A stretch of DNA of 64,000 nucleotides from Acidimicrobiales bacterium. Its GTDB lineage: Bacteria > Actinomycetota > Acidimicrobiia > Acidimicrobiales > Palsa-688. The DNA is taken from positions 61-64,060 of the forward strand of contig DATLUM010000012.1 in NCBI GenBank assembly GCA_035533095.1, given 5' to 3'. The translations under genes were made by a program, and so were the position numbers. Positions 18,494-25,838 of this stretch are shown piece after piece (the stretch's first letter is position 1; each line of letters starts with the position of its first letter). The notes beneath the pieces are model-generated. The model did no database searches. It was not told where the DNA came from and saw only the letters and a list, made by a program, of their open reading frames with translations.

Positions 18494-19559
18494 CCTCGTA
18501 GGGGGTCGCCGTCGGCGGCAGCGGGATTGCCGTCCCGTCGACCACGACGTTCAACCCCGCGGGGTTGCCGATCCGCAGCCAGAGTCCCGGGAGGGCGCCG
18601 AACGACTTCCTGTCGCCGGGCGCAAGGAGCCCCTCGAACACGATCGGGCCCGTGGTCGATCCTGTGCGCAGCTCGACCCAGCATCGCTGGACCGCGACGA
18701 GGCCCAGGTCGACCGGGCCCGAGCCGACCTCGTACGCGGCCGAGTAGGCGGTCGATCCCGATGCGAGCGGCACGGGTTGGGCCGGCACTTGCACTGGATG
18801 CCGCGCGGTTGCCGCCTTCGGCGCGTGCACGGCGGCGGGGATCTTCGGAGAAGCCGCCTGATGCACCGGCGCGCCGCCCCCGGATCGGAACGCCATCGTG
18901 GCGATCACCGCGACGAGGGCGGAGGCGGCGGCCACCGCTACCATGCGAAGCGCGGGCGACCTGAGTGAAGGGACCGCGGGCAGACGCCGCCGTCGTGCAC
19001 CAGGCAGAGCGCCGACCGCCGGCGCGGGAGCCGTCTCGGGGGCCGCAGCCGGCCCCAGATTCTTCCTCGCAGCTGCCGACCGGGTCTCAGCCGCCCCGGG
19101 CACCGCCGCCCCGGCCACAGACTCGTCGACGAACATCAGCTTCCGCCCCCCCGCCGGCGGTGACACCATGGGCAGCGTCGCCCCCGGCTTTCGCTTCCCG
19201 CCCCCCGCCGGCGACAACTGCTGGAAGCGAAGCTGAGCCCCGGGGAGAACCTTCACATGGGTCTCGGCCGCGGCCGCCGAACCGCCGGCCATGTGCTGGA
19301 GGTGCTCGAGAGTCGTGTGATAGGTCTGGACCGAGCGTGCATCCCGGTAGGCGGACTTCCAGTGGGCGGCGACGACCAATGCAGCAGCAGCTGCGAGGAG
19401 AAGGACGATCAGTGCCGGCACGGCGGAGCCGCCTCCTGGGCAGCCACCTGTTGTACAACGCGCGCTGGTTTGATCAGCAGTGCGGCTGGTTCCGCTCTCG
19501 ATGCAACCCCTCGGCTCATCCACTATTGGCAATACCTCGCCGGCGGATTTTTTAACCAC
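18456..19559 (-). CDS. membrane protein with a C-terminal DUF4115 (RodZ C-terminal-like) domain
   Basis: C-terminal CWVELRTGSTTGPIVFEGLLAPGDRKSF...LWLRIGNPAGLNVVVDG matches the DUF4115 pattern. Two TM segments; no HTH seen. Confidence 0.65.
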   Translation of the reverse strand: MVKKSAGEVLPIVDEPRGCIESGTSRTADQTSARCTTGGCPGGGSAVPALIVLLLAAAAALVVAAHWKSAYRDARSVQTYHTTLEHLQHMAGGSAAAAETHVKVLPGAQLRFQQLSPAGGGKRKPGATLPMVSPPAGGRKLMFVDESVAGAAVPGAAETRSAAARKNLGPAAAPETAPAPAVGALPGARRRRLPAVPSLRSPALRMVAVAAASALVAVIATMAFRSGGGAPVHQAASPKIPAAVHAPKAATARHPVQVPAQPVPLASGSTAYSAAYEVGSGPVDLGLVAVQRCWVELRTGSTTGPIVFEGLLAPGDRKSFGALPGLWLRIGNPAGLNVVVDGTAIPLPPTATPYEVTVESATAPSTG

Positions 19560-19689
19560 AGCCCAGCCGGACCAGCGCTATGTCCACTTCCTCCCCCCCC
19601 ACGGTGTAGACATTCCGGGTGTGACAACGGTGCCGGAGGGTGCCGAGGCGGAGACCGGTCCGGCCGCTACGACCGGTCCGGCAGCTGGT

Positions 19690-20085
19690 GAGCGAAGCCG
19701 AGGCGCTGCGCTTCCTGCCGCAGAAGGCGATGCTGCGGTTCTCCAACTTGATGCTCTGCGAGGAGGAGAACCGCTCGATCGAGCGGTTCTGCACGGCGGT
19801 GGTTGCGGTGGTCCGTCGGGGCGGCATGGCGCAGGTCGCCTTCGCCTCGGCGGGGCACCCCCCCCGGCGATGGTGCGCCGCGCCAGCGGTATCGTCGAGG
19901 AGTTGCCGGCGACGGGTATCACGCTCGGTGTCGTCGACGACCTAGGCGGAAAGGCGCAGAGGTTGACGCTGGAGAAAGGCGACTTGATGGTGATGCACAC
20001 CGATGGTCTGACGGAGGTGCGCGACTCAGCCGGGACGTTCTACGGCGAGGAACGGCCGGCAGGCGTCATCGAGCGGGACAAATGA
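19690..20085 (+). pseudogene. decayed SpoIIE/PP2C-type phosphatase domain (internal deletion plus frameshift in a C8 run)
   Basis: ERFCTAVVAVVRRGGMAQVAFASAGHPP is in one frame and continues as PAMVRRASGIVEELPATGITLGVVDD...GDLMVMHTDGLTEVRDSAGTFYGEE in another frame after the C-run 19858-19865. The metal-binding GGDxYD region is missing. Confidence 0.65.
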
Positions 20086-20229
20086 CGGACGCGACGCCTG
20101 CCACCCGCTCCGTCCCGGCGGCTACCGCCGGTTGCCCGGAGTGCGCGCGACGCGCGGCGGTTCCTCGAGGAGTCTCTGCCGGGCGTCGACGGGGACACGG
20201 TCTACATCGCCCAGCTGCTGACGAGTGAG

Positions 20230-21378
20230 TTGGTGACCAACGCGGTCCTCCACGCCGGAACGGAGATCGAGCTCAGAGTGTGGGCGATGGGTGGCCGGGT
20301 GCACGTCCGTGTCCTCGACGAGGTTGCCACCCGTTTGCCGATCCCTCACGAGCAGGCCGCTGAGGCTGGCACCGGGCGCGGGCTGCACATGGTCGAGCAT
20401 CTCTCAGCAGCTTGCGGTGTCGAGGTCTCTCCTGGGGGAAAGACGGTGTGGTTCGAGTTGTGGCCCAGCGAGACCGACTTGAAGCCTGGCGCGACCTGGA
20501 CGGTTCCCGGCCCCGCTGCGGGCCAGGGAGTAACCGTGACTCTGGTAGATGTGCCGGTCGGTCTTTCTCTCGCGGCGCAGCGTCATCGTGCGGCTCTGCT
20601 GCGCGAGGCACGCCTGATTGTCATGTCGGGACGCAGCACCGTAGGTGTGCGAACCTCCGATATTCGCGACGTCGCCGGGCTCAACGACATGCTCGATTCC
20701 GCCCTGAGCCGGGCGATGTCACGGGATCCGACCGCGTCGACGCTGTCGCTCAAGGTCGACATGCCTCGTGGCTGCGGCCCCGTGGCACTCCGTCTTTCGG
20801 AAGTGATCGACGTGTTGAACGGCGCAGCCCGGTCCGGCCAGCTGTTGACTCGTCCGTCCCTGCCCGAGGTGCGCAGTTTCCGCATGTGGATGTTGAGCGA
20901 GGTCGCCAACCAGCTGGACGGGCGACCCCCGTCGCGGTGGGTCGGCCAGCACAGCCTCACGCACCGTGCTGCCCCGGAGGATCGCACGGAATACGACCCC
21001 GCCGACGTCCACGCCCGCGCAGTCCCGGCGGTGGCAGCCGATGACGACAACTCCATACTGGCGGTCAACGAAGCAGCCGTGGCGTTGCTGGGATGGAAAC
21101 CCGAGGATCTCATCGGCGAGAGGGTCACGGTCATCATCCCGCCGGAGTGGAGGGAACGCCACGTCGCCGGGTTCACGAACTTCCTGCTGACGGGAGAGGC
21201 CACCATCATCGGAAAGTCGACCCTCGTGCCCGCCTTGCACCGGGATGGCACGACGGTCGACGTGTTCCTCAAGATCGACGTCGAGCAGTCCCGCAACGGG
21301 CGAACGGTGCTCGTGGCGGAGTTGGAACCCGCGGCGTCGGATACCGGCCTGGCCGAGCTGGCGGAGCGGGCGTCTTAA
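20230..21378 (+). CDS. RsbW-like HATPase (anti-sigma/serine kinase) domain protein with a C-terminal PAS domain; N-terminus unresolved
   Basis: LLTSELVTNAVLHAGTEIELRVW...GTGRGLHMVEHL...GGKTVWFEL, and C-terminal PAS (ILAVNEAAVALLGWKPEDLIGERVTVIIP). Homology continues upstream to the in-frame TGA at 20083-20085 without an ATG/GTG/TTG. Confidence 0.7.
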   Translation: MVTNAVLHAGTEIELRVWAMGGRVHVRVLDEVATRLPIPHEQAAEAGTGRGLHMVEHLSAACGVEVSPGGKTVWFELWPSETDLKPGATWTVPGPAAGQGVTVTLVDVPVGLSLAAQRHRAALLREARLIVMSGRSTVGVRTSDIRDVAGLNDMLDSALSRAMSRDPTASTLSLKVDMPRGCGPVALRLSEVIDVLNGAARSGQLLTRPSLPEVRSFRMWMLSEVANQLDGRPPSRWVGQHSLTHRAAPEDRTEYDPADVHARAVPAVAADDDNSILAVNEAAVALLGWKPEDLIGERVTVIIPPEWRERHVAGFTNFLLTGEATIIGKSTLVPALHRDGTTVDVFLKIDVEQSRNGRTVLVAELEPAASDTGLAELAERAS

Positions 21379-21390
21379 AGGGGTACCTCT

Positions 21391-22059
21391 TTAGGAGCCG
21401 GCAGGCCTCGCGAACCGGAACAGGACCTTCTCCTGGTGGTAGTAGTCGAGCCACTGCAGGAGGTCCTTCTTATGCTCGTGGCCGCCGCGGTGCGCAGACA
21501 CGGGAACGAACCGCAGTCTCAGTCTCGCGACCGAGACATCGAACCCTGCGCCTTCGAACGTCGAGGCGACGGCGTCGAGGTCGTACATCGGAGGAAGGTC
21601 GAGTGCCGACGAGTTCTCGTCGTGCCAAGCCCGCATGAGCGCGCTTCCGGCGTGCATGCCCATCACTGCGTAATAGGGAGCCCCCGGCTTCAACGCTTGG
21701 AACACGGTCGCGGCGTGCTCGTGCATGTCTCTTATGAGGTAGAGCACCTCGTGGCTGAACGCCGTGTCGAAACCGTTCCAACCTTTGGGGATGCTTGACG
21801 CGGCCTCGAAGTTGAGCGGCCTGGCGCCGGTGAGCCGGCGAGCGTCTTCGACGGCGGTCTGCGCCGGGTCGTAACCGAACCCCTCGGCGATGCCGGCCCG
21901 GTCGACCAGCATCCTCAGGAACCCTCCCCGATTGCACCCGGCGTCGAGCACTCGTGCTCCGGTGAGGTCGATGTCGATCGTGTCGAGCATCGCCTGCCAT
22001 ATGAAGCCGTGCTCGTCTTGCATCGCCTCGTCCTCGGACGCCGATCTCCAGTAGCCCAT
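21391..22059 (-). CDS. class I SAM-dependent methyltransferase
   Basis: VLDAGCNRGGF motif I. Confidence 0.85.
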   Translation of the reverse strand: MGYWRSASEDEAMQDEHGFIWQAMLDTIDIDLTGARVLDAGCNRGGFLRMLVDRAGIAEGFGYDPAQTAVEDARRLTGARPLNFEAASSIPKGWNGFDTAFSHEVLYLIRDMHEHAATVFQALKPGAPYYAVMGMHAGSALMRAWHDENSSALDLPPMYDLDAVASTFEGAGFDVSVARLRLRFVPVSAHRGGHEHKKDLLQWLDYYHQEKVLFRFARPAGS

Positions 22060-22120
22060 GGCTGCAAGCTAGAGGCCCCGGCGGTCAGGTGGCCGGCACC
22101 GGTAGCGCGTCACGCCGGCG

Positions 22121-22136
22121 GAGGAGGTACCTCCTC
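22121..22136. promoter_or_regulatory. 16-bp perfect palindrome GAGGAGGTACCTCCTC in a divergent promoter gap
   Basis: Self-complementary by inspection. Lies between the methyltransferase (start 22059, minus) and the CoA-transferase (start 22244, plus). Confidence 0.3.
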
Positions 22137-22243
22137 AGCTCGTCAGCACCCCAGACGACAAGAGAAATCATCCTGACGGGGCGACGGCAGCTTTTAGGGG
22201 CCTTGTTCATTTTCGGGCAAGGGAATCTGGCTACCGTGGCCGG

Positions 22244-23527
22244 ATGCCAACAGGTGACGCTCCGAGCGAGGGCCGCCCGGAAGACGTTCTTCGTCACGTC
22301 GTACCAGGCGCCGACATCGTCGTCCCACTCGCCAACGGTGAGCCCCCGACACTGCTCGACGCCCTAGAGGCGCAGCAGGCGTCTCTTGAAGGCGTTCGGA
22401 TACACCAAATGCACGCCTTGGTCGAACGGGCCTACATCAGGGGCGAGTTCGGTGACCGCCTGCGTCACGTCAGCTACTTCCTCTCTCCAGCGACGAGGAA
22501 GGCCTACTGGGAGGGCGGGTGCGACCTCGTGCCGAGCCACTTCTCGGAAGTCCCCGCCCTCCTCAGGGCCGCCACGCGCCTCTCGCTGGTGATCGCACGG
22601 GCGTCACTCCCGGACCGGCACGGTTTCTTCAGCCTGGGGACCAACGCCGACTACACCGCGAGCTTTATCGGTCAGGCCCCGTTCTTCCTGGAAGTCGACC
22701 CGGCCATGCCGCGCACCTACGGTGACAACCAGCTGCACGGCAGCCAGGTCGTCGGGTGGTGTCGCGGCGCCCACGGATTAGCCGACGTTGCCCCAGCGGA
22801 GCCTTCCCCCGAGGACAGGAAGATCGGCGAGTTCGTGGCGGAGCGCATCGCCGACGAGTCGACGCTGCAGGTGGGGATCGGGTCGATCTCGGCGGGCGTG
22901 CTGGCGTCACTCGCTGGTCACAAGCATCTTGGGATCCACACGGAACTGCTGTCCGACGGCGTCATGGACCTCATCGAGTCGGGGGTGGTGACCGGGGCTG
23001 CGAAGCGGCTGCGGCGCAACAAGATCGTCGCCACGTTCTGTCTCGGGAGCACCAGGCTCTATGAATGGTTGAACGAGAACGCGGCCGTCGAGTTGCTCCC
23101 AGTCGACTGGGTCAACAACCCCCGCGTGATCGGCCAGGAGCCTCGATTCGTGTCGGTCAACTCGACCACCGAGGTGGACCTGTTCGGCCAGTGCGCGTCG
23201 GAGACGATCGGCGGTCGCTACTGGTCGGGAAGCGGGGGTCAGGCAGACTTCGCGAGGGGCGCCATGTACAGCGACGGTGGTCAGGCCTTCATCGTGCTTC
23301 GTTCGCTCACCCATGACGGGCGCAGCCGCATCCGGTCCCGACTGAGTGAGGGCTCGGTCGTGACCACCTTGAAGAACACGGTGGACCACGTCGTAACCGA
23401 GTGGGGAGTCGCGGAACTGCGAGGCCGCTCCCTGGCACAGAGAGCCAGGGCGCTGATCGGCATCGCGCACCCTTCCGTCAGGGACGTGCTGGAGTCCGAG
23501 GCTCGTCAGATCGGGTTGCTGCGGTAG
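22244..23527 (+). CDS. acetyl-CoA hydrolase/transferase family protein (4-hydroxybutyrate CoA-transferase-like)
   Basis: GSGGQADFARGA signature, GIGSI motif, 427 aa. Confidence 0.9.
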   Translation: MPTGDAPSEGRPEDVLRHVVPGADIVVPLANGEPPTLLDALEAQQASLEGVRIHQMHALVERAYIRGEFGDRLRHVSYFLSPATRKAYWEGGCDLVPSHFSEVPALLRAATRLSLVIARASLPDRHGFFSLGTNADYTASFIGQAPFFLEVDPAMPRTYGDNQLHGSQVVGWCRGAHGLADVAPAEPSPEDRKIGEFVAERIADESTLQVGIGSISAGVLASLAGHKHLGIHTELLSDGVMDLIESGVVTGAAKRLRRNKIVATFCLGSTRLYEWLNENAAVELLPVDWVNNPRVIGQEPRFVSVNSTTEVDLFGQCASETIGGRYWSGSGGQADFARGAMYSDGGQAFIVLRSLTHDGRSRIRSRLSEGSVVTTLKNTVDHVVTEWGVAELRGRSLAQRARALIGIAHPSVRDVLESEARQIGLLR

Positions 23528-23530
23528 GCG

Positions 23531-24442
23531 TCATGTCACCGGTACTACTACTACCGGCACGTTGGAGCGGTGGGTGCAGGAGTGGCTGACCGAGCCGAGC
23601 ACCAGCTCCAACGTCGGTCCGAGGCCCCGCCGGCCCACCACGAGCATGTCGGCTTGCTCGGACCGCTCGACCAGGACATCGGCTGCGGCTCCTTCGACCG
23701 CCGTCAACTTCACGGTGAGACCGTGGAGGTCCAGACGATCGACCGTCTGGGCGAGGACATCGTCAGCGGCCTTCTTGAGCACCTGATCGATCGGGGTGCT
23801 CAAGTCGGTGCCCGTCGGGAAGAACGGCGCGGTCCACGTCCAAGCGGTCACGACCTCCAGGAGTGAGTCGCTCCTCTTGGCTTCTTCTGCAGCCCAGCGA
23901 ACCGCTGCGTCTGCACCGCTCGAGCCGTCGGTGCCCGTGACGATGTGCCCAACCCGCGGGCGGACAGGGGCACGGTGTTTCCCAGTCGGGACGATGACGA
24001 CGGGTTTGGGGCAGTGATGTGACAGAGCATGGCTCGTCGACCCCAGGAACAGGTCGCCGGCAGTGCTGCGGCCCCGGGATCCGACCACCACCAGGTCGAC
24101 CCCCGGCTCCCGGGCGAGGTCACGCAATACGTTGTACGGCATCCCCTCGGCCACCCTGAGGTCCGCCGTGTCGGGATCTCCTCCCGTCTCGGCGAGGGTC
24201 TCTCTCAGCATCTTCTGCCCGTCCTCGACCATCTCGTCCGTCGGGAGCGGCACGAAGTAAGGCGCGCTGTAGGCGAACACCGGGATGTGCCACGCGTACA
24301 CCGCGATGAGCCCTGCACCTCTGATCCGGCTCTCCGTGAGAGCCCACTCGAGAGCGTGACGGTTCCCCTCGGATCCGTCGACCCCTACCAGGACTTGGCT
24401 GCTCCCGTCCGAGCGTTCCATAGCCTCCTGTACCTCCTCCAT
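23531..24442 (-). CDS. universal stress protein, tandem USP domains
   Basis: Two copies of the VLVGVDGS...LVVVGSRGR...GS(T/V)SH...PVV(I/V)VP pattern. Confidence 0.9.
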   Translation of the reverse strand: MEEVQEAMERSDGSSQVLVGVDGSEGNRHALEWALTESRIRGAGLIAVYAWHIPVFAYSAPYFVPLPTDEMVEDGQKMLRETLAETGGDPDTADLRVAEGMPYNVLRDLAREPGVDLVVVGSRGRSTAGDLFLGSTSHALSHHCPKPVVIVPTGKHRAPVRPRVGHIVTGTDGSSGADAAVRWAAEEAKRSDSLLEVVTAWTWTAPFFPTGTDLSTPIDQVLKKAADDVLAQTVDRLDLHGLTVKLTAVEGAAADVLVERSEQADMLVVGRRGLGPTLELVLGSVSHSCTHRSNVPVVVVPVT

Positions 24443-24450
24443 ACCGATTC

Positions 24451-24861
24451 CTAATCCGACCTGACCAGAGTCACCGAAGACTGCACTGCTCGGACTATAC
24501 GGTCAGGAAGCTGTTCGAGATCACCTGGCAGCACGAGGTAGTCGGCGGCGCCTTCGGCGAGGCAGGCGTGCCGCAGGTAGATCGCATCGGTCCGTGAGAC
24601 CACCACGAGCACAGGATGCCTCGGGGATGAGCGCAGGTGCGACATCACACCCAGGATCCCGCGGCCTGCGATCGATACATCCACGACCGCTGCGTCGAAG
24701 ACGGCTGGGCAGGCGACGACGGCCTCACCGTCGGTGGCCTGGGCGACCATCTCGAATCGCCGGTCATGGCCGACTGAGGAGCAGAGAAGCTTTCGCAGAT
24801 GCGTGTCCGTGGATCCCACCAGCACCCTGATCCTCTGGGTCGGATGGTGAGCATCTTCCAT
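24451..24861 (-). CDS. stand-alone receiver-like domain protein (atypical: acidic pair and conserved Lys missing)
   Basis: IRVLVGSTDTHL...AAVVDVSIAG...VLVVVSRTD...ADYLVLPGDL aligns to a CheY-like fold. DD is replaced by ST and K by L. No output domain. ATG 24861 chosen inside the 225-aa ORF. Confidence 0.65.
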   Translation of the reverse strand: MEDAHHPTQRIRVLVGSTDTHLRKLLCSSVGHDRRFEMVAQATDGEAVVACPAVFDAAVVDVSIAGRGILGVMSHLRSSPRHPVLVVVSRTDAIYLRHACLAEGAADYLVLPGDLEQLPDRIVRAVQSSVTLVRSD

Positions 24862-24919
24862 GAGGCCACTCTGCAGCGTCGGGGTGGATGAGTCTCGATA
24901 CCGAGAGTCACTCTCCGGT

Positions 24920-24933
24920 GGGCCGAAGGTCAC
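24920..24933. promoter_or_regulatory. DosR-box-like palindrome, 1 mismatch: GGGCCGAAGGTCAC
   Basis: 59 nt upstream of the receiver gene start. Same left half and centre as the box at 25421. Confidence 0.4.
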
Positions 24934-24962
24934 ATTGTCCTTCGATTCTCGTTTCCCTGCGG

Positions 24963-25385
24963 CTAGTCGGATTCGAGGGCCGGGTCGACCGCGGCGTAGG
25001 CACCCAACAGGTCCCTGACGGAGACCACGCCCGTCAAGCGGCCGGAATCCTCCACCAGGACGTGCCTCACGTATTGGTCCATCATCTCTTCGGCGACCTC
25101 CGCGACGGTCGCGGTCGCGTCGGCCCATGCGATCTCCGTGTGCGCGACTTCGGAGGCGGTGGTATCCCTCGGGTCGCGGCCGGAGCCGATCGCTCTGACC
25201 AGGTCACGTTCCGACACGATGCCGGACGGCTCGGCGCTTGCCTCGTTGCGGACGATGGCTGCGCCCACTTCTGCGTCGGCCAAGGTGCGCGCGACCTCCA
25301 CCAGCGACGCGTCAGGGGCTACCCACACGACGCTCTCCGAGACGAGCGTGGAAATGGGCATCGACCCGACACTGATCTCCGTCAT
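24963..25385 (-). CDS. CBS domain pair protein
   Basis: Two CBS repeats (VVWVAPDASLVEVARTLADAEVGAAIV...GIVSERDLVRAI; IAWADATATVAEVAEEMMDQYVRHVLVED...GVVSVRDLL). ATG 25385 lies within the longer ORF. Confidence 0.85.
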   Translation of the reverse strand: MTEISVGSMPISTLVSESVVWVAPDASLVEVARTLADAEVGAAIVRNEASAEPSGIVSERDLVRAIGSGRDPRDTTASEVAHTEIAWADATATVAEVAEEMMDQYVRHVLVEDSGRLTGVVSVRDLLGAYAAVDPALESD

Positions 25386-25420
25386 GTTCCTAGCATGGGT
25401 TGCCTCACCGGATCTCCATA

Positions 25421-25434
25421 GGGCCGAAGGTCCC
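25421..25434. promoter_or_regulatory. DosR-box-like palindrome GGGCCGAAGGTCCC
   Basis: Fits GGGNC-NWWN-GNCCC. 36 nt upstream of the CBS gene start. Flanked by TA..CT. Confidence 0.5.
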
Positions 25435-25436
25435 CT

Positions 25437-25838
25437 TTGCCGGCTCTCCACTCGGAGGGAGAATCGGTCATCCACCTTGTGAGGTCGGACGAAGGAGTGG
25501 ACAATGTCGAGGGTTGCACTGATGAGGGAACCCAGCCCGAAGCTGGCAGATGGCATCGTCACATGATCGAGCGCGAGCCTCTTGACGTGGCGCTGGCGGC
25601 GGCCCTGGTTGCCCGCCCCGGCGCCCCCTCGAGGCGGGCGGAGGTGCCCTCGACTGAATCCGGGGCCCATGTGGTCGACCTCGGTGGCGGGAGGATTCTC
25701 ATGGCGGTGGACTGCCCGAAGAGCGCGGAGATACTCGCCGATCTGGGTTACGAACCTGTGACGGTCGACATCTCGGAATTCGAGAAGCTCGAGGGATGCG
25801 AGGTGATTCGATGTCGACCGGCCGGCCTTCCTCTCTGA
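25437..25838 (+). pseudogene. C-terminal remnant of an amidinotransferase-superfamily gene (DDAH/arginine deiminase-like)
   Basis: GAHVVDLGGGRILMAVDCPKSAEILADLGYEPVTVDISEFEKLEGC resembles the last strands of DDAH-type enzymes. No N-terminal two-thirds is present. Overlaps the ATPase start. Confidence 0.4.

Noticed and set aside
20083-20085. In-frame TGA between the phosphatase remnant and the kinase domain, considered as a selenocysteine or programmed read-through site.
   Set aside because: No SECIS-like hairpin is evident downstream. The upstream domain is already frameshifted and internally deleted, so simple decay is the economical explanation.
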